From an uncultured Eggerthellaceae bacterium (GTDB taxonomy: Bacteria; Actinomycetota; Coriobacteriia; Coriobacteriales; Eggerthellaceae): a stretch of DNA of 35,271 nucleotides. Positions 16,164-25,531 of this stretch are shown here, one piece after another (the stretch's first letter is position 1; every line of letters begins with the position of its first letter). Where the stretch lies: NCBI GenBank assembly GCA_946626265.1, contig CAMOUE010000001.1, positions 1-35,271 on the forward strand, written 5' to 3'. The position numbers and the translations under genes are program-made. The notes under the pieces were generated by a model. That model was not told the origin of the DNA. It saw only the letters and a list, made by a program, of their open reading frames with translations, and did not search any database.

Positions 16164-17750
16164 GTGGCTCAAATGACTTCAGGGAAGGTTCTCCGCGAAG
16201 CTCGTGAGCGCAAAGGTTACGAGCTGGATACCGTCGCACGGCGGTTGAGGATCAGACCGGATATTCTCCGCGCAATCGAAGCCGGCGATTTCAAGGCGAT
16301 GCCGCCGCGAGGCTACACCCGCAACATGGTGAACGCCTACGCGAAGCTCTTGGGTTTGAATCCTACCGAAATCGTCAACATGTATCTTGACGAGGTCTAT
16401 GCCTATCAGGTCGAGAAGGCGCGTGGCAACGCGCCTTCGAGCGGCTTCAGCATGGACCGCGAGTCTATACGCACGCGCGCGAGGAGCCGTGCGATGCGCT
16501 ACGACGACTGGGAGGAGCCGACGGCCGCCTCCGCGCGTGCGGTGCGCATGCGCGAGGAGGGCGCGGGGTCGAGCTTGCGGCGCGACCTCTACGACGATAG
16601 GACGGAGTTCTCCCGCGACGATTACGGCGTGACGCGCGAGCGCACGCTGCGGACGGACCGTTCCGAACGGGATTTCATGAGCCACCATTCGGGATATTCG
16701 GCCGACGGGTACGGTTACGACGAGTCGCGCCGAATCAGCAGGCGCAATCGCGATATCATGGTCGGCGAGACGCCCATGCACTACAAGGCTTCGCGCGTTC
16801 CGGCTTTCCTGAAGTCCCGCGTTGCGATTGCAATCATCGCGGCCGTGGTCGTGGTCTTGCTGGCTTTGGGCGCATTCGCGCTGTTCGGCAACAAGACGAC
16901 GAGGGCCGACGACGACGTGTCGCAGCTTCCCGTATCGGGGATCAGCGACACGACGAAGACTGACGACGCCGAGGAGGAGTCGTCTCTCGCCTCCGTCGAG
17001 ATCGCGCCGACGAGCTCTCGCGTGACGTATTCGGTCAAGTCTGGCGAGGAATGCTATATCGAGACGTACACGGACGGCGGAAAGGCCGAGGGAGAGCAAC
17101 TCAACGGCCCGGTAGAGAAGAGCATCGAGGTAACGGGAACGTGGACCATCACGACTTGGACGCCGGAGACCATAACGGTCGCCGTGGACGGCGACGTCGT
17201 GAAACTCGAGACGTCGGAGAAATACGGCGGCATGGCTGCCTACACCGTCGATTTCGCAAAGATACTCGAAACGTGGAAAGAGACGCATTCATCGAAGGAG
17301 GAACGCCGCTCGGCAGCCGTGGCCGCCGCCAACGGCACTGCGTCCGACAGCGCCGCGTCCGCGTCGACGAGCACTACGACGACGCAGAGCGAATCGTCCA
17401 CGACGGGCGACGGCACTCAGGGCGCCGAAAGCGAAACCACGCAGCAAAACGACGAGGGTTACGTAGGCGACGGCACGTATACGGACAACGGATACGGGAC
17501 GTACGACAACGGCAACGGTTACTACGAGGGCAACGGCTACCAGGGCTACACCGACTACGGCAACGGCACGTACGACCAGCAATACACGTACTACGACGAC
17601 GGTAGCGGTTACCAGGGCTACACCGATTACGGTGACGGCTCCGGCTACCAGGGCTACACCGATTACGGTGACGGCACGTACTACGAAGAGACGCCCGCCT
17701 ACGATGGCGGAGGCGATTATGTGGCGGAAGGCGATGGAAGCGGCGCGTAA
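16164..17750 (+). CDS. RodZ-like membrane protein: N-terminal XRE-type HTH, one TM helix, DUF4115-like domain, Tyr/Gly/Asp-rich tail
   Basis: HTH GKVLREARERKGYELDTVARRLRIRPDILRAIEAGDF. TM helix VAIAIIAAVVVVLLALGAFALF. GTG 16164 lies 6 nt after AGGAG. ATG 16173 is an alternative start. The track ORF start at 16083 overlaps ftsK. Confidence 0.75.
   Translation: MAQMTSGKVLREARERKGYELDTVARRLRIRPDILRAIEAGDFKAMPPRGYTRNMVNAYAKLLGLNPTEIVNMYLDEVYAYQVEKARGNAPSSGFSMDRESIRTRARSRAMRYDDWEEPTAASARAVRMREEGAGSSLRRDLYDDRTEFSRDDYGVTRERTLRTDRSERDFMSHHSGYSADGYGYDESRRISRRNRDIMVGETPMHYKASRVPAFLKSRVAIAIIAAVVVVLLALGAFALFGNKTTRADDDVSQLPVSGISDTTKTDDAEEESSLASVEIAPTSSRVTYSVKSGEECYIETYTDGGKAEGEQLNGPVEKSIEVTGTWTITTWTPETITVAVDGDVVKLETSEKYGGMAAYTVDFAKILETWKETHSSKEERRSAAVAAANGTASDSAASASTSTTTTQSESSTTGDGTQGAESETTQQNDEGYVGDGTYTDNGYGTYDNGNGYYEGNGYQGYTDYGNGTYDQQYTYYDDGSGYQGYTDYGDGSGYQGYTDYGDGTYYEETPAYDGGGDYVAEGDGSGA
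17535..17679 (+). repeat. Three copies of a 36-bp in-frame repeat encoding GYQGYTDYG(D/N)G(S/T), two of them tandem
   Basis: The core g-ct/tt-accagggctacaccga(c/t)tacgg(c/t)(a/g)acggc occurs at 17535-17570, 17608-17643 and 17644-17679. Confidence 0.85.
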
Positions 17751-17773
17751 GCCGTTAGGGAACAGGAGACACA

Positions 17774-18271
17774 ATGGCGAAGGAATCGAGTTTCGACGTC
17801 GTATCGACGGTCGACATGCAAGAAGTTGACAACGCGTTTCAGCAGGCCAAAAAGGAACTGACCCAGCGCTACGACCTTAAAGGGTCGGGCGCGACGATCG
17901 CTTTGGACAAGTCTGCTAGGAAGTTCACGGTAAAGGCGCCGAGCGATTTCGTGGCAGGTCAGGTTGTCGACATCATCAGCTCCAAGCTCATAAAGAGGAA
18001 AGTCGACATCACTGCGGTGAAATGGGGCGCATCGCAAGCTGCGGCAGGTCAGTCCGTCGTTAAGAACGGCGATATCATCGAAGGGATAGACCGCGACACC
18101 GCCGGTGCTATCAACAAGGACATCAAGGCGTTGAAGTTGAAGGTGAAAGTCCAGATAGAAGGCGACCATTTGCGTGTGAGCTCCTCGTCGATCGATACGC
18201 TTCAGGAGGTAATCGGCTTCCTGAAGGGCCAAGACTACGGCCAGCCCCTCCAGTACGTGAACTACCGCTAG
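17774..18271 (+). CDS. yajQ: YajQ family nucleotide-binding protein (UPF0234)
   Basis: The full-length sequence starts MAKESSFDVVSTVDMQEVDNAFQQAKKELTQRYDLKG, the characteristic YajQ N-terminus. AGGAG ribosome-binding site. Confidence 0.88.
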   Translation: MAKESSFDVVSTVDMQEVDNAFQQAKKELTQRYDLKGSGATIALDKSARKFTVKAPSDFVAGQVVDIISSKLIKRKVDITAVKWGASQAAAGQSVVKNGDIIEGIDRDTAGAINKDIKALKLKVKVQIEGDHLRVSSSSIDTLQEVIGFLKGQDYGQPLQYVNYR

Positions 18272-18278
18272 GAATCAG

Positions 18279-19601
18279 ATGGCAGAGCAAAGCAAAACCG
18301 GGAAGAGCGTCGCGTTCGTCACGCTCGGCTGCGCGAAGAACGAAGTCGATTCGGAAGCGATGCTCTCTCGGCTTCTCGCGGCTGGTTACGAAGAGGCCGT
18401 GAGCGCCGAGGAAGCGGACGTCGTCATCGTGAACACGTGCTCGTTCATTCAGGCTGCTACCGAGGAGAGCATAGACGCGATTCTCGAGGTGGCGGGTTTC
18501 GATTCGGTCGTCTCTGGCGAAGCGCATCTCGTCGTCGCCGGTTGCATGCCTGCGCGCTACGGCGACGATCTTGCCGATGAGCTCGTTGAAGCGAGCGATT
18601 TCGTGCCTTGCGCCGACGAGGGGTCGATCGTAGAAACCGTCGACAACCTCTGCGGTATCGACAGAATCGCAGGAGAGCGTAGGGCGATTCGTTCGAGTCG
18701 CGGTGTCCATTCGGGCGTTTCTGCTTACGTGAAGATATCCGACGGATGTGACAGGTTCTGCGCTTACTGCACGATACCCTATATCAGGGGGCGTTACCAC
18801 TCGTTCACCGAAAACGAAATAGACTCCGAGGTGCAGCAGCTCGTCGATTCCGGAACTCGCGAGATCGTGCTCATCGCTCAGGATACCGGGCGATGGGGGC
18901 AGGATTTCGACGAGCCGTCATCTCTTGCAGACCTTCTAAGCCGTCTTTCCGAGAAGTACCCGGATACGTGGTTCCGCGTCATGTACATTCAGCCCGAAGG
19001 CGTGACCGACGAGCTCATCGAGGCTGTTCGGGTGCACGATAACGTATGCAGCTACTTCGACATACCGTTCCAGCACTGCAATGCGGACATCCTGAAGAGC
19101 ATGAACCGAAAAGGGGACGCGAAGGGCTTCCTCTCGTTGGTCGGCAAGATTCGCGAGAGGATTCCCGATGTGACGCTGAGGACGACGCTCATAGCCGGAT
19201 ACCCGGGCGAGACCGACGAGCAGTTCGAAGAGCTTTGCGATTTCGTCGAAGATGCGGACTTGGATTACGTCGGCGTGTTCGCCTACTCGCGTGAAGAGGG
19301 AACAAGGGCTTTCGGCCTTCCCGATCAGGTGGATGACGACGAGAAGCTGCATCGCGCCCAGGCGATCCGGGACCTTGCTGACTCGCTGAGCACCCAGCGC
19401 GTCTCCAGGCGCGTCGGGCAACGCATCGACGTGCTCGTATGCGGCGAAGAGGAAGACGGCCAGCTGTTCGGCCGCGCCAAATGCCAAGCGCCCGACGTCG
19501 ACGGTGTCACGTATGTGAACGAGGGCTCGATCGGGAACATCGTGACGGTGTTAGTGGAAGACACGCTCGCATACGAGATGGAAGGTTCGGTGCTCTCGTG
19601 A
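18279..19601 (+). CDS. rimO: Ribosomal protein S12 methylthiotransferase RimO
   Basis: VAFVTLGCAKNEVDSE, radical-SAM CDRFCAYCTIP and a C-terminal TRAM-like region. Actinobacterial rimO-pgsA synteny. Confidence 0.88.
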   Translation: MAEQSKTGKSVAFVTLGCAKNEVDSEAMLSRLLAAGYEEAVSAEEADVVIVNTCSFIQAATEESIDAILEVAGFDSVVSGEAHLVVAGCMPARYGDDLADELVEASDFVPCADEGSIVETVDNLCGIDRIAGERRAIRSSRGVHSGVSAYVKISDGCDRFCAYCTIPYIRGRYHSFTENEIDSEVQQLVDSGTREIVLIAQDTGRWGQDFDEPSSLADLLSRLSEKYPDTWFRVMYIQPEGVTDELIEAVRVHDNVCSYFDIPFQHCNADILKSMNRKGDAKGFLSLVGKIRERIPDVTLRTTLIAGYPGETDEQFEELCDFVEDADLDYVGVFAYSREEGTRAFGLPDQVDDDEKLHRAQAIRDLADSLSTQRVSRRVGQRIDVLVCGEEEDGQLFGRAKCQAPDVDGVTYVNEGSIGNIVTVLVEDTLAYEMEGSVLS

Positions 19602-20737
19602 GCGAAGAGGGCAATAAGCAGTCCATCTGGACTATTTCTAACGTCATAACCATAACGCGCATACTTCTCGTGCCGGCTTTCGTCGCCGCGTTGCTGTGCC
19701 CTTGGCCCGATTGGTTCAACATACCCCAGATGGGCGAGGGTATCAGGCGCATTACCGCCGCAGTCATCTTCGTGCTGATATCGTGCACCGACTGGCTCGA
19801 CGGATACCTTGCGAGAAGGCTCGGCCAGGTTACCGATTTCGGCAAGTTCATGGACCCGCTGGCGGACAAGATCCTCGTCGCCGCCGCGCTCATCGCTCTC
19901 GTCGAGCTCGGCTCCCTTCCGACATGGGTCGTTCTGATAATACTCGCACGCGAGTTCATCGTGTCGGGGGTTCGCATGATGGCGGCAACGCAAGGGATCG
20001 TCATCGCCGCAAGCTGGCTCGGCAAGTTCAAGACCGTGTTCCAAATGATCGCGATCGTGCTCTTCACGTTGAAGGTGTCCAGTTTCGTTGAGGGCCTCGC
20101 CCCTGAGGTCGACCGAGCGCTCTACATCTTCAGCTGGATCATCATGGTCATCGCGCTCGGGCTCACCGTCGCCTCTATGATCGATTACCTCGTGAAGGCT
20201 AAAGAAGTTATCGGATTGGGCGATGCGCAAGAACGAATCGTCGAGAATTCAATAGACGCTGCGGCCGAACAGGCCATTGCCAAGGCATTGCGCGCAGGCG
20301 TCACCGTGGCGGCTGCCGAAAGCCTTACGGGCGGCTTGATAGGCTCGTCGCTGTGCGGAGTGCCGGGCGCTTCGGCGGCTTACGTCGGCGGTGCCGTGAC
20401 GTACGTGAATCCCGTCAAGGAGAAGATGCTCGGCGTGGAGGCGCGCGTGCTCGACACCGACGGTGCCGTATCGGAAGCATGCGCATGCCAGATGGCCGCG
20501 GGCATGAGGAAGGCTGTCGGCTGCGATATCGCCGTTTCGGCTACCGGCATCGCCGGCCCGACAGGCGCCGAACCGGGAAAGCCCGTGGGAACGGTGTGGA
20601 TCGGCGTTGCTTCCGAAAGGGGATCGCGTGCCGTCGAGCATCATTTCGACGGCGACCGCGCCATCGTGCGCGAGAAGGCCGCAAGAGCCGCTCTGGAAAT
20701 CATGGCTGAAGAAATCGACAGGTGCTCGCGCATATAG
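19598..20737 (+). CDS. pgsA: Single ORF fusing CDP-diacylglycerol--glycerol-3-phosphate 3-phosphatidyltransferase (PgsA) to a CinA C-terminal (PncC-type) domain
   Basis: CAP motif DWLDGYLARRLGQVTDFGKFMDPLADKILV in the first ~200 aa. The CinA_C signature AAESLTGGLIGSSLCGVPGAS follows in the same frame with no stop. GTG 19598 overlaps the rimO TGA (GTGA). Confidence 0.8.
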   Translation: MSEEGNKQSIWTISNVITITRILLVPAFVAALLCPWPDWFNIPQMGEGIRRITAAVIFVLISCTDWLDGYLARRLGQVTDFGKFMDPLADKILVAAALIALVELGSLPTWVVLIILAREFIVSGVRMMAATQGIVIAASWLGKFKTVFQMIAIVLFTLKVSSFVEGLAPEVDRALYIFSWIIMVIALGLTVASMIDYLVKAKEVIGLGDAQERIVENSIDAAAEQAIAKALRAGVTVAAAESLTGGLIGSSLCGVPGASAAYVGGAVTYVNPVKEKMLGVEARVLDTDGAVSEACACQMAAGMRKAVGCDIAVSATGIAGPTGAEPGKPVGTVWIGVASERGSRAVEHHFDGDRAIVREKAARAALEIMAEEIDRCSRI

Positions 20738-20880
20738 GCAAGCTATTGGAAGGCGATTGGCCAACTGCGCCGTACTGTGTTGCAATCTTGGCAATTTCAA
20801 TGCAATTGCATACTAGGATTGGGAACGATAGCTGCAATATCTGCAAGATATTGTATGCTCTGCAAATTCGTGTATCTATA

Positions 20881-20909
20881 TTGACAGCAAACATATGTTC
20901 GTGAATAAT
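20881..20909 (+). promoter_or_regulatory. recA promoter TTGACA-17-AATAAT
   Basis: -35 TTGACA at 20881-20886, a 17-nt spacer, and -10 AATAAT at 20904-20909. This lies 28 nt upstream of the recA ATG, with a GAGAGAAGG ribosome-binding site between. Confidence 0.7.
20888..20901. promoter_or_regulatory. Putative LexA (SOS) box in the recA promoter spacer
   Basis: CAAACATATGTTCG resembles the Gram-positive/actinobacterial CGAAC-N4-GTTCG consensus. One half-site is exact and the other has a G-to-A change. Confidence 0.6.
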
Positions 20910-20936
20910 GGCCTTAGCTGAAAGAGAGAAGGTAGC

Positions 20937-21995
20937 ATGAACGCAGATAAAGAGACTACGCTCAAACTCACGACCGACCAGATCGAGTCTAAATTCGGAA
21001 AAGGCGCCATCATGAAATTCGGCGATGGCGGCAAGGACCTTACCGTCGAGGCCATTCCCACCGGTTCGCTCGCGCTCGACGCCGCGCTCGGTATAGGAGG
21101 CGTTCCCCGCGGCCGCATCGTGGAGATCTACGGCCCGGAGTCGAGCGGCAAGACGACGCTCGCCCTCCAGATCCTCGCCGAGTCGCAAGCGCTCGGGGGA
21201 ATAGTCGCATTCATCGACGCTGAGCATGCGCTCGACCCCGTCTATGCCGCGCGTCTGGGCGTCGATATCGACGAGGTGCTCATATCGCAGCCCGACACGG
21301 GCGAGCAGGCGCTCGAGATCTGCGACATGCTCGTGAGGTCTGGGGCAATCGACTGCATAGTCATCGACTCGGTTGCCGCGCTCGTCCCTCGGGCGGAAAT
21401 CGAGGGCGAAATCGGTGACACGACGGTCGGTCTGCAAGCGCGACTCATGTCCCAGGCGCTTCGAAAGCTTGCTGGTTCGCTATCGAAATCGAACACGACC
21501 TGCATATTCATCAACCAGCTCCGCGAGAAGATCGGCATCATGTTCGGCAATCCGGAGACGACGACCGGCGGGCGGGCCCTCAAGTTCTTCTCGAGCGTGA
21601 GAATCGACATTCGGCGCATCGATTCGATCAAGGTCAATGGCGAAGTCGTCGGAAACCGCGTCAGGGCCAAGGTCGTCAAGAACAAGGTCGCTCCTCCGTT
21701 CAAGCAAGCGGAATTCGACCTCATGTATGGGCGCGGCATCTCCAAGGAAGGCTGCATCATTGACATGGCGGTCGAGGCCGGCGTCGCGAAGAAGAGCGGT
21801 GCCTGGTACACTTATGGAGAGCAACGGCTCGGTCAAGGGCGCGAGGCTGCGAAGCAGACGCTCGTCGACAACCCGGAGACGCGCGACGAGCTCGAGCGCA
21901 AGGTGCGCGAATTCTACGACATACCGATCATCGAGCGTTCGGAGGAGGACGCCGACAGCGTCACGCCCGTTGCCAAGCCCACGAAGAAGCGGTAG
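20937..21995 (+). CDS. recA: Recombinase RecA
   Basis: [12 protein letters not shown] Walker A and full-length RecA sequence. Confidence 0.98.
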   Translation: MNADKETTLKLTTDQIESKFGKGAIMKFGDGGKDLTVEAIPTGSLALDAALGIGGVPRGRIVEIYGPESSGKTTLALQILAESQALGGIVAFIDAEHALDPVYAARLGVDIDEVLISQPDTGEQALEICDMLVRSGAIDCIVIDSVAALVPRAEIEGEIGDTTVGLQARLMSQALRKLAGSLSKSNTTCIFINQLREKIGIMFGNPETTTGGRALKFFSSVRIDIRRIDSIKVNGEVVGNRVRAKVVKNKVAPPFKQAEFDLMYGRGISKEGCIIDMAVEAGVAKKSGAWYTYGEQRLGQGREAAKQTLVDNPETRDELERKVREFYDIPIIERSEEDADSVTPVAKPTKKR

Positions 21996-22616
21996 ATGGG
22001 CACCTCCGATGCGCTCGCGGAGCTCAGGGCGCGCATTAGGTCGATTGAGAGCGGTGCCTCGAAGGGCCATTCCGAACGCCGCTATGGCGAGACGCTCACC
22101 TTCGAGTCGCATGCAAGCGTAGGCAGCTGCGATGGGCCTGCGGCCCTTGCGAGCGAACCGGAGCCCGACGAAGTCTCGAAGGCGCTGAAGAGGATTCTCG
22201 CACTCGTGAATGTGAGCGAGAAGTCGAGCGTGCAAGTTCGCAGAAAACTCGAATCGCTCGACTTCGAACACGACGTCATCGAGGAGGCGCTTTCGCGGGC
22301 TGTATCCTACGGATACGTGAGCGACGAGCGCTTCGCATGTTCGCTTGTAAGGAGCCGGCTTTCGCAAGGCAGGGGAGAGGACGGCATACGCCGCGAGCTT
22401 CTCGAGCATGGCATCGAAATCGACGACGTCCCGGGTTGGCCGTACGACTTCGATTTCGATTCGTCGGATGAAGCCGCACGGGCATACGATTTCATATGCA
22501 AGCATCCGAGCCGGTCGAAGAACGCACGCGAGGGAGCGTACCGCAAGCTCGTGCAGAAGGGCTACAGCTCGTCGGCGGCATCGGAGGCTGCCCGAAAATG
22601 GGCCGCCGAGCAATGA
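21996..22616 (+). CDS. recX: Regulatory protein RecX
   Basis: The ATG abuts the recA TAG. Helical-repeat sequence (VRRKLESLDFEHDVIEEALSRAVSYGYVSDERFA...) is typical of RecX. Confidence 0.88.
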   Translation: MGTSDALAELRARIRSIESGASKGHSERRYGETLTFESHASVGSCDGPAALASEPEPDEVSKALKRILALVNVSEKSSVQVRRKLESLDFEHDVIEEALSRAVSYGYVSDERFACSLVRSRLSQGRGEDGIRRELLEHGIEIDDVPGWPYDFDFDSSDEAARAYDFICKHPSRSKNAREGAYRKLVQKGYSSSAASEAARKWAAEQ

Positions 22617-22860
22617 TCAAGCTGCGGTCAATGGATCATCGTTGGCGTTATCGTTCGCAGGGCGATGTTTTTATGACGAAATGGCAATAGCTGAAACGAA
22701 TAGGCGCTACAACACCTAATATAGATATGTATGGGAATACGAACCCGCAAGGGTGTTTATATAGCCATCTGAATATTGACACCACTCGTGAGAGAGATTC
22801 TCATGCCGTGACGTATGTGCACGGCTATTTGGCATATTCACGTTAAAGAAAGGGGAAGCG

Positions 22861-24393
22861 ATGTCCGCAGTAGTTTATGCGATCATCGGCGCCATAGTAG
22901 GCATAGCCCTTGGTTTCGTCATCGCTCGTTACGTTGTTAACGCAGCTGCTAAGCGCAAGGAAGCCGAGGCCGAGAACATCGTAGCCGACGCGAAGAGGCA
23001 AGCGGAGACAATCAAGAAGGAAGCCGAGGTCGAGGCCAAGGATGAAGCTCTCAAGCTGAAGGCCGAGATCGAGAGCGAGCGCAAGGAACGCCAGCGCGAG
23101 GTCCGCGAGGCGGAGCACCGCGTACAGCAGAGGGAGGAATCGCTCGACCGCAGGACCGACTCCCTCGACCAGCGCGAACACCAGATTTCATCGCTTCAGG
23201 GCCAGGTCGAGCGTCGCCAGCGCGATCTGAACGAAGCCGAGAAGGAGATGAACCGCCGTCTCGTGAGCGTCGCCGGCATGTCCGCCGAAGAGGCGAAGGC
23301 CGAGCTGCTCGACACGCTCAAAGATGAAGTGACGCGCGAGAGCGCGGCGATAATCCGCGATTCAGAGGCGCGCACGAAGGCCGAGGCCGACAAGACGGCG
23401 CGGTCGATTCTCAGCCAGGCGATGCAGCGCATTGCCTCCGAGCATACGATCGAGAACACGGTGTCTTCGATCCAGATTCCCTCCGACGACTTGAAGGGAA
23501 GGATCATCGGCCGCGAGGGCCGCAACATCCGCTCGTTCGAGCAGATAACCGGCACGAACCTCATCATCGACGACACTCCCGAATGCGTGACCATCTCGTG
23601 CTTCGACCCGGTCCGTCGCGAGATCGGTCGCGTGACCATGGAAAACCTCATCGCCGATGGACGTATCCATCCCGCGCGGATCGAGGAGATGTTCGCGAAG
23701 GCCGAGAAGCTCGTGAACCAGCGCGTCCAGGAGGCGGGCGAGCAAGCTGCCTTCGACACGGGCATCCACGACATGGATCCCGAGCTTGTCAGGACCCTCG
23801 GTCGCTTGCGCTACCGCACATCATACGGCCAGAACGTGCTGAACCACTCCCTCGAAGTCGCTTACCTGTGCGGCGTCATGGCGAGTGAGCTCGGGCTCGA
23901 TCCCGTCCCCGCGAAGCGTGCCGGCCTCCTGCACGACATCGGCAAGGCGATCGACCGAGAGGTCGAAGGCAACCATGCCGTCATCGGCGCAGATCTTGCC
24001 CGCAGGTTCGGCGAGTCCGCGCATATCGTCCACGCTATCGAAGCGCATCACAACGACATCGAGCCAAACAGCGTCATCGACGTGCTCGTCCAAGCGGCCG
24101 ACGCCGTTTCGGCTGCGCGTCCCGGCGCGCGTAAGGAGACGCTCGACGCCTACATCAAGCGTCTCGAGAAACTCGAGGAAATCGCGATGTCCTACGAGGG
24201 CGTCGAGCGCACCTACGCCATTCAAGCCGGGCGCGAGGTCCGCGTCATGGTCGAGCCCGAAAAGGTCGACGAGGCCACGACGGTCGTTCTCGCTCATGAC
24301 ATCGCCAACCGCATCGAGAACGAGCTGCAGTACCCGGGCCAGGTGAAGGTCGTCGTTATCCGCGAGAGCCGCGCTATCGGCATCGCAAAATAG
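22861..24393 (+). CDS. rny: Ribonuclease Y
   Basis: N-terminal TM helix, coiled coil, KH domain ([15 protein letters not shown]) and HD domain (HSLEVAYL...LHDIGK). Confidence 0.95.
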   Translation: MSAVVYAIIGAIVGIALGFVIARYVVNAAAKRKEAEAENIVADAKRQAETIKKEAEVEAKDEALKLKAEIESERKERQREVREAEHRVQQREESLDRRTDSLDQREHQISSLQGQVERRQRDLNEAEKEMNRRLVSVAGMSAEEAKAELLDTLKDEVTRESAAIIRDSEARTKAEADKTARSILSQAMQRIASEHTIENTVSSIQIPSDDLKGRIIGREGRNIRSFEQITGTNLIIDDTPECVTISCFDPVRREIGRVTMENLIADGRIHPARIEEMFAKAEKLVNQRVQEAGEQAAFDTGIHDMDPELVRTLGRLRYRTSYGQNVLNHSLEVAYLCGVMASELGLDPVPAKRAGLLHDIGKAIDREVEGNHAVIGADLARRFGESAHIVHAIEAHHNDIEPNSVIDVLVQAADAVSAARPGARKETLDAYIKRLEKLEEIAMSYEGVERTYAIQAGREVRVMVEPEKVDEATTVVLAHDIANRIENELQYPGQVKVVVIRESRAIGIAK

Positions 24394-24396
24394 CCT

Positions 24397-25476
24397 ATGG
24401 GCGAACGGTCGCTCGCAGAATTCGTCAGCGCGGTCAGAGATTCAAGCCACCTCCGAGTCGAGCAGGACTTCGGGGGTGGCTTCGTTCGCCTGCAAGTATC
24501 GGAAGCCGAGCGCAGGCAAGCGGCGCAGGATATAAAATGCTCGGAGGACATCGTCCTCGAGCTGCTTCGAAACTCCCGTGATGCACATGCCCGCTCGATT
24601 TTCATCGCCTCGTGCAAGGAGGGGACGAACCGCCTCTTCACGGTCCTCGACGACGGCGACGGCATACCTGCCCCCATGCACGACCTCGTTTTCGAGCCGC
24701 GTGTGACATCGAAACTCGACACGTCGCACAAGGATGCATGGGGCATGCACGGGCGTGGCATGGCGCTGTATTCGATCTCCGAGAACGCCACGAGCGCACG
24801 GGTCGTATCTTCGAGCCCGGAGCTCGGCTGCTCTATATCGGTCGTATCGGACGTGGGACGACTCGCGGAGAAGGCGGATCAGTCGAGCTTTCCGACGTTC
24901 ACCATCATCGACGGCGTCGTGCGTGTGCGCGGCCCCAGGAACATCGTCAGGACGGTATGCGAGTTCGCGATTGAGGAGCGCGCTCAGTGCAGCGTCTACA
25001 TCGGCTCGCCGGTTGAGATCGCGTGCTCGATGTACGAGACGGGAAAGAACACGCTCGCCCCGATCGAGCGGGTGTTCTGCGAAGACGCCGAGGCGCTCCC
25101 CGTGACGAAACGCCTCGCCACGGCGGGCGACCCGAAGACGTTCGCCGATATCGCCGAGTCGGTCGGGCTCGACATCTCGGAAAGGTCCGCAAGGCGCATA
25201 CTCGACGGCGAGGTGATCGCCGCTGCGCCGATACTCGAGCGCGTGGAGATAGCCAGCGGCGATGCAGGCTCTTCTCGGAAAGCGAAAAAGGCCCGAGCGC
25301 AGCTCTCGAACGCGATTAGGCTCGACCGTGCCTCCGTGGAGGAGTTCAAGGCCTCAGCCAAACGCGATTTCGCGGGGATTGCCGAAAGCCATTACCTCGA
25401 GCCCGACGTCGACGTCGCAGCGCGCGTCGTCTCGGGGAGGCTCGTCGTGTCGATACCGCTCGTTCCGAAAGAGTGA
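24397..25476 (+). CDS. GHKL (Bergerat-fold) ATPase-like protein with MutL-flavoured motifs and a C-terminal HTH-like segment. Function unknown
   Basis: Motif I ELLRNSRDAHA, motif II VLDDGDGIP, PRVTSKL, and GMHGRGMALYSIS. HTH-like TFADIAESVGLDISERSARRILDG. The ATG is 3 nt after the rny stop, with no visible Shine-Dalgarno sequence. Confidence 0.75.
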   Translation: MGERSLAEFVSAVRDSSHLRVEQDFGGGFVRLQVSEAERRQAAQDIKCSEDIVLELLRNSRDAHARSIFIASCKEGTNRLFTVLDDGDGIPAPMHDLVFEPRVTSKLDTSHKDAWGMHGRGMALYSISENATSARVVSSSPELGCSISVVSDVGRLAEKADQSSFPTFTIIDGVVRVRGPRNIVRTVCEFAIEERAQCSVYIGSPVEIACSMYETGKNTLAPIERVFCEDAEALPVTKRLATAGDPKTFADIAESVGLDISERSARRILDGEVIAAAPILERVEIASGDAGSSRKAKKARAQLSNAIRLDRASVEEFKASAKRDFAGIAESHYLEPDVDVAARVVSGRLVVSIPLVPKE

Positions 25477-25531
25477 TCTTGTGGTGCATGTGTGGCTTTC
25501 GACGCTCGACGGGCGGCGAAGTGTCAAAAAG

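Noticed and set aside
17774-18271. YajQ as a possible cyclic-di-GMP effector module linked to its neighbours.
   Set aside because: The family call is solid. However, nothing in the sequence (no adjacent cyclase or phosphodiesterase, no unusual domain) supports a specific system here, so it is reported only as a feature.
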